NCBI GenBank assembly: GCA_002269645.1
Contig: NIVC01000175.1
Coordinates: 1 to 64,000 of the forward strand
DNA: 64,000 bases
Reading direction: 5' to 3'
DNA from: Macrostomum lignano
Taxonomy: Eukaryota
Shown: piece by piece, positions 44,301 to 54,687 of the stretch
How positions within the stretch are numbered: position 1 is the first letter of the stretch
How the letters are laid out: every line of letters begins with the position of its first letter
The notes under the pieces: generated by a model
What the model was told of the DNA's origin: nothing
Database searches by the model: none
Seen by the model: only the letters and a program-made list of their open reading frames with translations
Position numbers and translations under genes: made by a program

Positions 44301-47300
44301 CCCCCAAGGCACACAAGGCCCGTTCTATAAAGCCATCGTAAGATAAGATCGTTCTTAGCTCCTATCTCCGCAGTGTAAAAGTTCTTACGTACGATCGAAC
44401 GTACGCTCCGACAGTTTTATAGTATGACCCCTGACCCCCTCGACTCTTTATATATGTACATTTACATTGTAGACATTATAGAAAGTTCACCTAGTCGCAA
44501 AATTGATTGTTGAAGAAATTGGCAGTCGAAACCTTCCGTGCAGCTCTTTAATAAATTATTTCTATACAACATACGTCCTCGCCTAGGCAGTGAAGAATTT
44601 CTTCCAAAAGTGGTCTTATTGGTGCCTATCTATTCGTGTTAAAGAATACTAAATTAGATATCCGGCAAGCAAAGTCTCAAAAATCTTTCAGAATATTTAA
44701 TTGGGCTTTTAGAAAATCACGTGAAAATTCGAGCGCACTTTAAAATTTGAGGGTAAGCAAACCATCCTCAGATAAACAAACTACGGCAAAAGTACACATC
44801 AAAATATTTGCTGAAGTGCACTTAAACGTTTCTTGTCGTCACTTAAAATTCGTTTTCCTCATTCATTTTTAAACTTTAATTCAATCAAAAGGACGTCAAT
44901 CTTATAGTACTCAGAATGGTTAATCTGAGACCTAGTTTTGATTCCCTAGCGAGAAGTTGGAGCCTTGAGGTCATTTATTTAGTATTCCGCTCCAGCCATT
45001 CAGTTTTTATAGTAAGAATTCTATCAAATTCACAAAAATAATGAACTTGCTGATCGTTTACGATATGAATTTATAAATTCTGACGATACTGTAAAGCAGT
45101 TATCAATCATAGTTTGTCATAAAATTTCTTTGACGCAGTATCAAAAAGTAATCATTTTAAATTCAGACCTGCGTGACGCAAAAAATCAAATATTATCAGA
45201 TTGCTACACAGCTTCAGCACCGGGATGGAAAATGAATGGGCGGATCTGTACTGCCTCCTCGTGAAGTTAATAATTATGAATAAATAAAAATAATTTATCT
45301 TCTGGGTCAGCGACTTGAAGTTATGGCCCTATCGAGCGATGGAATATATATGACTTCTGTCTGAGCGTAAACTAAATATTGAGTGGTACACTCCTGCTTT
45401 TAGAATCCCAACTAATTTAGGTACCTAAGGTAACCTACCTAAGGTGCTTCAGTAAGTCCAAGTTTCGTCTTGAATGCATTGCACCAAATCCTGTTGCTGG
45501 CGCCCCTGGTGCTAAAACCTCTGGTGCTGGCGCCCCTGATGCTAAAGCCTCTGGTGCTAAAGCCCCTGGTGCTAAAACCTCTGGTGCTGGCGCCCCTGGT
45601 GCTAAAGCCCCTGGTGCTAAAGCCCCTGGTGCTAAAACCTCTGGTGCTGGCGCCCCTGATGCTAAAGCCCCTGGTGCTAAAGCCCCTGGTGCTAAAACCT
45701 CTGGTGCTGGCGCCCCTGATTCTAAAGCCCCTGGTGCTAAAGCCCCTGGTGCTAAAGCCCCTGGTGCTAAAGCCCCTGGTGCTAAAGCCCCTGGTGCTAA
45801 AGCCCCTGGTGCTAAAGCCCCTGGTGCTAAAGCCCCTGGTGCTAAAACCTCTGGTGCTGGCGCCCCTGATGCTAAAGCCTCTGGTGCTAAAGCCCCTGGT
45901 GCTAAAACCTCTGGTGCTGGCGCCCCTGATGCTAAAGCCCCTGGTGCTAAAGCCCCTGGTGCTAAAACCTCTGGTGCTAAAGCCCCTGGTGCTAAAGCCC
46001 CTGGTGCTAAAGCCCCTGGTGCTAAAACCTCTGGTGCTGGCGCCCCTGATGCTAAAGCCCCTGGTGCTAAAGCCCCTGGTGCTAAAGCCCCTGGTGCTAA
46101 AGCCCCTGGTGCTAAAGCCCCTGGTGCTAAAGCCCCTGGTGCTAAAGCCCCTGGTGCTAAAGCGCAGATTCAAGCTAGGGTTGATAACTGTCAACAGCGA
46201 GTCGCCCTACCACTTAAACAGATACACAATCCGGTTGAGTCGCGACGGCCAGTTCGGCAGTCCATCCGTGGACAAAGCCGGCAACACGGTGTGGAGCGGC
46301 ACAGTTGGCGAGTTGATCGCTGGTACAGCCGATGTCGCAGTAGCTTCTTTGGTCATTACCTACGACAGAGAGATGGTGAGAATTAGTTTTTCAACGAAAG
46401 TTTTAACAGTAAATGTGACTGTGAGCAAGCAATTATGTTTATTCACTTTTTGGGCATTTTAGAATACTAGGCTGTTTAACAACCCCGGGGGGGGGTTGGA
46501 GCCTAGTGATATTGTAGCGTCGGACTCATATCTGAAAGGTCGGGGTTTCAATTCTCAACCCACTCGGAAGAATTTGTGTCCTTGAGCAGGGCACTTTACT
46601 CTGCATTGCTTCAGTTCACCCAGCTGTAAAATGGATGCCAGCATTAGCTGAGGTAATTGAGGGTGTGTGGTGACCCCCAGTCCTTCGACTGAACAGCAGT
46701 ACGCAGCCTTCAGATGCGACGCGCAATAGCTGCGGCTGAGCTGTCGGTTGCACATCTGACATTAGGGCAGGTGTATTCAGTTGATATTAATTAGAATACT
46801 GGGAGATTCTCAACCTCAAATCTGTCAGCTAACGAAAAGTAGAATCGAACACCCAATGACTTCATCTGGAGCTGTTCCTTTGTCTTTGTCTGTTCGGTAA
46901 AGGCTGTTTGAGAAATGAGACGAAAATATTCTGTCTGTATAGTTTATCTCGTACATGCAGCTGTGCTAGACTGTTAGCATGAAATTTACCGTTTTCTTTC
47001 GGTGTGTAGCTTAGATTGAGAGCAGGGCGTAAGAGTGTTTATAAATTGGTAAACTTTCTGGGACACTCGTTCTACGTTTACTGCAAATTGGGATGTCAAA
47101 TTCAAGTCTTGCTTGTCCCTCAATCGAGTTTCACAGTCAGAAATAATTCAGTCTCTACACTTATTACAGTTTAATTTAAAGTATATCCTAAATAATTCCA
47201 GCTTCCACATGCAAACTGTTTATTACGGCACACGAGAATACTTACTTAGAATATTTGTCAGTGAAGCACTGGCGGGCTAATATGAAGGCTTATTTCGCAT

Positions 47301-50300
47301 AAAATGATCTTTGGCAAAGATCATAACTTACACACCATCTACCAAACGGTTACGCTCTGTAAACATTCAAGGTTATCGACTTCACTACGCCGTACATGAG
47401 TCTGGGCCTGAGTCTAATTATGAAGAAGACTGAACAGGAACAAGATCTATTCCAGTTTCTTCTGCCATTCAGCACAAGAGTGTGGGCCTACATGATGCTG
47501 GCTTGGCTGCTTGCCAGTTTAGTGATGTACTTCTGCGCCAGGATCAGCCCCTACGAGTGGTATTCGCAGAGTGCTTGTGTACCAGTAGTGGAGAATCAGT
47601 TCAATGCCTTTAACAGCCTCTGGTTTACCATTGGATCTTTGATGCAACAAGGTATGCCTCGCTATAGTTAATAGCCTTTTAGAGATTCATTTTTAATTTG
47701 TTTAGCGCCCGTAAAGATCAACCATAGAGTGTACATTCCCATCGATGAATATCATTACGGCTGTACACGATGTGTAAATATAGGCATTACTCATTTACAT
47801 CCGTGTTTTTGACTGGCACTTCGATTATCACAAGTACAAAAGTCTTTGGCTACCAGCTAAAAGACACTATATTAAATATCAAACGTCTCAAGCTATGAAT
47901 AAAATGCACGATAAAAAATTTCAGGCTCCGACCTCGCACCCAGAGCATCGTCAACTCGTATGGTGGGCACAGTGTGGTGGTTTTTCACGCTCATTCTGAT
48001 CAGCTCCTACACAGCTAACCTGGCCGCCTTCCTCACCGTGACCCGACTAAACGCTGTGGACAGTTTGGACGCGCTGGCCGCTCAGAGCAAGATCAAGTAC
48101 GGCTGCGCTACGGGGGGAGCAATGTTCAACTTCTTTAAGGTGATTTTACAGAGTGCAATGATGTCGAGAACGTGGTGCTGGAAGTGGTGCTATGCTGCTC
48201 TGGCAGCCTTAAGCTAAGTAAATCGAGACATTTATTTTATCTTGGATTGTAAGCTAGGAGTTTACGGTGTTTTACTATTTTTTTAAGCCATGAATGTGAA
48301 GAAGAAAGAGTTTTAAAGCGATGTAACTGCTACAAGCCTGCTAAATTTCAATTTTTCTGCCTCTTACGCATTTGAATAGGCCAGTGACCCTGGTTTGTTT
48401 GTCTACTTTATAGACAAGTTGTGTAGCCTTCCATGGTTCTTGGCGTAAGTTTTCAGCAATTATCGAGAGGAAGCCAACTAAGAGTGTCCATTGAGCACTT
48501 ATAAGACCATTTCAACGCTTTTACACAGACTATGCTTTACATAGCGGTCCTAATTAGGGCTATAGTATGGTGAAACCGAACTAGTACGGAAAGTGTTGAC
48601 AATCCTATTCTACAAATCACAAAGCTCTGTTTAACAAAGGTCCATGAGAAGGATTAAGGACTATCGTTAAGCTTGCTGCGTACTTTACCGCCGTTAAGTG
48701 AACTTACATTGTGCCTGCAAACCAACATTCACCCCAACAGAACTCAAAGATACCAGTCTACCGCAGAATGTGGGAATCGATGGTGCTGTGGAACGCCACA
48801 AATGAATCATTTGTTAAGAAAACAATCGAAGGCATCGCTAAAGTGAGAAAGGGCGGCTATGCCTACGTGATCGAGTCGACGTTCAATCAGTATTACAGGG
48901 AGAGAGACTGCAACCTCACCCAGATCGGAGGCATCTTCAATCCGAGTAGTTACGCGTTCGCTGTGCAGCAGGGAGGTGAGTGTTGCTGCTTACTCATAGT
49001 AGCTAAGAACCAATTTTACGAGAGATTTATGATTACAAGGGACTAGTTGCAAAAAATTTGAGTATGTCGGTCCAATGAATATTTTGTTAAGACTCTAGAG
49101 AAGTCTTTACATAGCTGAGAAACTTAGTTTGTGGTTCAAAACTTTGCCTTTTCAAATTGTCATCGCAAATAACTCATCCATGTAGTTTTCAAGGAGGATG
49201 TCACTTTGCCAAAGACCACCGCGGGAATCGGTTTCATAAAACACGTGTTTAACAAATTTCAAGTTGAACAGTAATAATTCTGACTTACACTATCTGACCT
49301 AAGGCAATTTGTATTGTCACTTCTAGTTGACACATTGTCACTTGTCCCTTGTACTGGCTTGATGAACTAGACCTAGATTATGGATGCTTTCGATTCAGAA
49401 TTTTCGAGTTTTACAAATTTAGGTAGCAATTACCCGTCATGCATATGCTTTTCAAAGATCTAGATGGTGATGAAATTGATAAAACGATTTTATGGCTTCA
49501 TTTTAGTGATTTTTGTCCTCTTTTATGGCAATTAAAAATGAATTGAATTTCAGCCAACCTTCTAAAAGACAAACTAAGCGAGGCTATTCTTCAGCTGCAC
49601 AAGGAGCAACTGATCGAAGGTCTGACAGACCGATGGCTGAAGAGATTCAACATATCTGGCAAGCCTTGCAGCGAGACCGTGTCAGACCAGTCCAACATGG
49701 GCACGCTGGATGTTGACTCGGTTGGCGGGGTGTTCGTCACTCTGCTGCTGGGCCTGGCTCTGGCTCTGATTCTCTGCATCGCCGAACTCATCTATCGGTC
49801 CTGCGTGCTGGCCTCAAGGAACAAGGTTTGACTTGCTCTTTTTTCAAGAAATTTAGGAACTCTTCCATAGTTGTCTTTCGTTTTCACGTATGTCACGTAG
49901 CTAGAGATCAGGCATGATGCTATCAAATAGAAGTCATTTAAAGTGATGAGATCCCCGCATCCATCTTTGGGCTTAAGCCTCATGTGTGTGCGTACATGAA
50001 GCAGCGCACGGAACGAACCACTGGGTCTTTGACGCTAGAGCCAATCACGTTATAACTGAGCAACTTTGGCCTCTTGTCTTCCATATACTTTCTAAACCAG
50101 AAGATTCTATATTACCTAGATGGGCCACTCCACCCGTCTAGCAGCAGCGCTAGAGTCCCGGAGTTAAGACCATAGACTGTAGCTTCTGCTGCTCTCAAGC
50201 ATTAGCAGCAGCTAGTGTCTATGGTCTAAACCCTGGAGTTTTTGAGGCCTCAGGATGGCCGTTAAATAAATTTGTGCTGTAAATTACAAACTAATAAGAG

Positions 50301-50565
50301 CACAATTTATCATAGCTGCCTACTAATAGTAGCTCTTTAACAAACCTGAAATTTCCAAATCCTAACTTTTCTGCAGCAAACTTCTTTCAAGCAACTCTGC
50401 GCTGCCCAAATCAGACTGGCAATCAATCTGTGCACCAACAAGAAGCCAGAACCTGCCGAGCAGGCGGAGCCACTCAACAACCGAGTCCGGGTCGACAACA
50501 GCTCCTATACTCTCGACCTGGCTGAAAAGCGGGCGCCACTTTGCATCGAAGCCGATGGACTGTAA
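38359..50565 (+). CDS. GRIK: Ionotropic glutamate receptor, kainate-like (AKDF family), 15 exons, ~908 aa
   Basis: Exons: 38359-38473, 38519-38635 (both tentative), 39195-39464, 39535-39710, 39976-40029, 41440-41553, 42352-42546, 42621-42722, 44003-44241, 46222-46375, 47372-47651, 47925-48139, 48741-48975, 49554-49825, 50377-50565. Motifs: ATD INFFPAP..WSEW and YSGVNFT; S1 [24 protein letters not shown]; M1 then SPYEWY; M2 [14 protein letters not shown]; M3 [21 protein letters not shown]; S2 [17 protein letters not shown]; M4 [11 protein letters not shown]. Family is certain; kainate subclass is inferred from SPYEWY..VVENQF. Confidence 0.93.
40667..41145. repeat. Purine-rich (GGAGAGA)n repeat, degenerating 3'
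   Basis: 7-bp unit. Confidence 0.85.
41695..41790 (+). mobile_element. SINE family B internal fragment (further fragments near 18535-18590 -, 44285-44320 +, 52330-52445 -)
   Basis: CCATGAGGACCAAGCCCCAAGACAG..GTGTACATGCCT..GTACACCCTGTGTGATCGTGTG matches the family B body. Confidence 0.6.
45497..46162. repeat. 15-bp minisatellite
   Basis: Unit GGTGCTAAAGCCCCT with GGTGCTGGCGCCCCT variants. Confidence 0.95.
46494..46775 (+). mobile_element. tRNA-derived SINE, family A (MIR/CORE-like), copy 1
   Basis: A-box-like GAGCCTAGTG and degenerate B-box; core GTGTCCTTGAGCAGGGCACTTTACTCTGCATTGCTTCAGTTCACCCAGCTGTAAAATGG; high similarity to 53780-54045. Confidence 0.8.
50160..50233. mobile_element. Short palindromic MITE-like hairpin element, copy 1
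   Basis: AGACCATAGAC..GTCTATGGTCT outer inverted repeat plus GCTGCT..AGCAGC inner one; its reverse complement matches 32401-32485. Confidence 0.6.
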
Positions 50566-52074
50566 CACTGTAACTCACACGAAAAACATTAAAGATCTTA
50601 GTAAAAAAACACAGTCCTCTAGAGTTGATTCAATGCTTGAAACGTCAGGAAAAGTATTTTTTCAAAGAAAAAAGACATTGCTAGACACGGGAAGTAAGGA
50701 TAGACCCACATCCTCGCCCCTCCCCTCCATTCCGAATCTGAAATTTGACATTTTGCACGCTGACGAAATTCGCGAAAACGTCACGAATTTTTTTATTCTA
50801 AGTTATCGAGTTGCAATTGGCTATTGAACTTTAATCGGATACAAATTTTATTTTAATTTTACGCTTTTAGCTCTTTAATGCACGACCAAAGTAGTAGGAC
50901 TCAATCTTGCAATTAATTTGATAGAAATTTCCCCATTTTTTAGCAATATTTTATCCAGAATCGCATCGACTGTATTTTTTCTAGTCTAGTTTTCTCTATC
51001 CATTATGGTCTATGGCTAAACCTGGTGTCAAAACGAAGTTGAAATTCACGGCAGGCCGCTCGATGAAACTGTCCAGGGTAAATTTTCACTTAATTAGGCA
51101 CTAAAGAACGACTGGGAGCACTGGAGCGATTCTTCACTCACAATGCCGTGCAGTACTGCCACCGATGGCATTCATGCATGGACAACAGAGAAACAATTTG
51201 CTATGCTAGCTAATTACAACTACAACTGCAATCCAACTGCTCTAGTTGTCCATGAGATCTTATGCCTTATTAAATATTTCTTCGTTAATTCGGAATTTTC
51301 GAATGTTTAAATTCAATGCTATAAAATTTTTACCTCGTACATGTTTGCGCATTTTTAGTCACGTTTTGCGCTTTTTAACTCTATTCGGATTCGACTCTCG
51401 CTAACTTATCAGAGAGCATTGCAAAAGGCTTCATTTTTCGTCAGAACTTTGAGCGCGATCAGATCATTAATTAGAATCTGCACTAGGATCACCATGTGTA
51501 CAAGTCGAATGCTTGCTTGCAGTGAGTAGTAACATTGATTAATCTGATACTCTTTAACTGTATGTCTTCATTAATAACCTTCTTTTCATTGCTAATTAAA
51601 ACTGTCTCATGACTGATTGCGGAGATCTAGTTGGATCAATGACGAATATCTTTTTAGCAATCTGCTGGTAGGTTCCTTAAAACAGAAAATATTTGCTGAT
51701 AAAGTTTTTTTTATTAGTTCGTCTTTTAATTCATTTTAGTGAAAACTTAAGACTCGATGGTCTTAAGAATCCGGTAATGAGTCTTACCGATTGCGGTATC
51801 GATACCGATTGCGGTAATAATGCAATCGGTAATGACAACAAGAATCCGGTAATGATTTAACGTTCGATTAAACTTGTCTTACACAGCCGTATGTAAGCAA
51901 TTGAAGCATACGTATTCTGCGGCATGAAGGCCCCTCTTATATTCTCGTTTTTATAGCTTTTTGTAGCCTATTTAAGCTTACACGCATTGAGTTTAATGCA
52001 ACTTAATTCAGGATATGTTTTTTAAAGTAATTGCGCTTTTGTGTATGGTGGCAACGGTGCTCAGTGCTCCCAGA

Positions 52075-52264
52075 ACTGGCACAGCTGTACAGTCCAAAAA
52101 CTAGGTGGATCGCCACACACACCCTCAATTACCCCAGCTAATGCTGGTACCCTATTTTACAGCTGGGTTAACTGAAGAAATTGAGAGTTAAATGTCTTGC
52201 TCAAGGACAAAAACCGTTTCGAAAAGTCCTGAGTCTGACGCTCTAACCACTAGGCTACAGCTCC
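52075..52264 (-). mobile_element. tRNA-derived SINE, family A, copy 3 (internally deleted)
   Basis: Reverse complement GGAGCTGTAGCCTAGTGGTTAGAGCGTCAGACTC..GTCCTTGAGCAAGACATTTAAC..CAGTTAACCCAGCTGTAAAATAGG..GTAATTGAGGGTGT. Confidence 0.8.
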
Positions 52265-52454
52265 TATGGCTCCTAATTATAATTGCAACTGCTCGCATGT
52301 GTCAACAGACAGATTTTCTAATCATACACTCTGTGTGCCTCTGTGGGCTGGCCCTCATGGGTGTAAATCGACCCGGCAAATTTTCATGCTTAAGTAATCG
52401 AACCAGGGGTCGTGTGTGCGAGAGTCAACCGCGTTTAGCCCTCCAGTAGCACAC

Positions 52455-52707
52455 GAAGACGCCAAGCGTCCCTAGACGACGCTTGCCGGCCCGAGAACAT
52501 CCTACGGCTCATCCGGTTCCTCCGGGCCATCAAACGAGCCTCCATCTTCCCCACCGAAGACAACGCTGCAGACAGGACCGGCAGACCTCCCTGACGGGCC
52601 CCGCGCCCTAGCCTATGCGGGTCTTTCAGGGATTAGCGGAATGGGCGACGCTCGCCTCCCCGCTGCGTCTTCGGACCGCCCTGCAGCTAAGTCAAGTAAG
52701 TCAAGCC
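52455..52707 (+). mobile_element. 5'-truncated LINE 3' end (clade not determined)
   Basis: Terminal peptide RPENILRLIRFLRAIKRASI, a short GC-rich 3' UTR and the tail TAAGTCAAGTAAGTCAAG; homologous to 37018-37272. Confidence 0.6.
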
Positions 52708-53779
52708 CTCCAGTTAGTGCGACCAAAGATAAACGACTATGCTTGGCACTTGCAGGTGCCACTCTTGGCAACCTGAATCTCAGGTTAATTTACCATTTGT
52801 TCGCTGCTACAGAAGGTGTCGTTAGTAGACTATTCAACTGCATTAGCCTGTGTACAGCCAATGGAAAAATCTGCTTAACATCCCTTCTCGTGTTGATAAA
52901 TTCGATCTCTGAACCACTGGTCGAGGTGTTCTGAAAATGCTAAATGACTGACTCAAATTTAACAATTTTGTCGCTCCATTGCTAATTAGCTGTCAGGAGC
53001 ACCAAAACAGATTTACGTTGCAATAAATGAATTTGCTATTGCCCAGGGATTATCCAAAGCCAACCAGTAATCTATTTAATAAGATTTCAGATACTTTTTG
53101 TAGGATTATCTTCATTACCTCCGAATCAAGGAGGACTGCCGGAGCCTCTGGCGTATCCAAAATCTGTTTCTACCCCATAAGAAGCAAAATTCTAGGCCCC
53201 CTGCTGAGCAAGTGCTGAGATGCGAGCTCAGAATGTCCATTCACTGGATCACGGAGCATCAGATCAGGAGCTGTACTCGTGAGCCGCTGCGAAGAAAACT
53301 GTTGTTCCAATAAAATCCGAGGAAAACCTTATTGCCGGCAGACTGCACGATCCGCGGGTGTGTTTTAAAAATTCAGATTTTGAGACAACATCCAGCCAAA
53401 TACTTGTAGTTCTTTTTAAGGACAAAATATTTTTCTGAGACATAGGTTTTTCAAAAGAATTCTGCATTTTACGTTTGTCATAATTGACAGGTCTTTCATA
53501 CAAATGCGTATGGAGTATTGACATTTTATATAATTTGAGCAAAGGAAGAAGTTCACTAACGAAAAAGAGTGAATTGAGTTATCTATCAGAATGTATATTT
53601 CGAAAGCAGAAGTTGAAAGAGAAGACGGCTATCTTTATTATCGACTCAAAGTTCGATTCCAAGACAAAATAGCTATAAAAAGGACATTGAAATTTAAGCA
53701 CTAACAATTGCCAACAATCAATTTCCATTGAGAAAAGCAGACCAAAATTTCCATTCTAAATTTCCTGCAGTCGAGTCCT

Positions 53780-54045
53780 GCTGTAGCCCAGTCGTCAGAG
53801 CGTCGGACTCACAACTTGAAGGTCAAGGTTCGATTCCCTATCCCATTGGAACAATTTGTGTCCTTAAGCAGGGCACGTAACTCTGAATTGCTTCAGTTCA
53901 CCCAGCTGTAATATGGGTGCCAGCATTAGCTGAGGTAATTGAGGGTGTTGGCGACCCCCCAGTCCTTGGACTGAACAGCTGTACGCAGCCTTCAGATGCG
54001 ATGCGCAATAGCTGCGGCTGAGCTGTCGGTTGCAAATCTGCCCAT
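53780..54045 (+). mobile_element. tRNA-derived SINE, family A, copy 2
   Basis: GTAGCCCAGTCG..GGTTCGATTCC (A and B boxes) followed by the same core and tail as 46494-46775. Confidence 0.85.
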
Positions 54046-54687
54046 CAGAGCTTGATACACCTGGGACTTCGTTCAATGAAACTCATTGATGTTCCATTTA
54101 CTCAGAGCATTTTAAAGGCTTAAAGGGTGCGATAGTGAGGATTTAGTACAAAAACTAAACAGATGCATCGAAAACCGAGCCTCCAAGAGTAATTTGCACG
54201 ATTTCCGAGTACAACGTCTTTTTTTCTTTTAGTTGTCCATGGCTAGATTTCAATGGGAATGGATGCATGCTCAGGGGAATCTCGAAGCCGAAACCAGATT
54301 AAACAGGTCTCACTTTTCAATTTAGCTCCTGTCACGCGCCGACAATGATGAAGCCAGGAGGGAACTAATTAAATCGCGTGATTGTGGGAACTAACCTTCT
54401 CTAATCTATCGCGAAACACGAACTCTGCCAACGATTCTAGCTCGTAGCAGGAGATTTTTCGACATCTGATCTCCAGAAAAATTCTTTCCCAAACCCTTCG
54501 TTGGACCATTTCCAATTGGCTTGGGGTCCTAATCGAGTTCTAATAAATTTGAATTGATTTTGGATGTTATACGCTCGTAAGTAGACGCTGGGCTACAGCC
54601 TGCTGAGAGAAATAAGTAAGTGTCAATAGAAATATCTAAGCCTCCTGAGTCTTTTGATTTAAAGAGACGTCAATTTTTTTGAAGAAA

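Noticed and set aside
52595-52700. HDV-like ribozyme (GCGGAATGGG and CCTCCCCGCT resemble J4/2-P2 and L3)
   Set aside because: The elements are in the wrong order, and I could not build a 7-bp P1 or a proper P2 and P4. An Infernal search would settle it.
53027-53672. Short unique ORFs between the receptor and protease (also 21228-21551, 33733-34128, 37333-37581, 60617-60910)
   Set aside because: No recognisable motif or exon chain; they may be decayed transposon sequence, and a tBLASTn or HMM search would be needed.
53780-53835. tRNA gene (A and B boxes)
   Set aside because: No complete cloverleaf; it continues into a SINE body shared by three copies.
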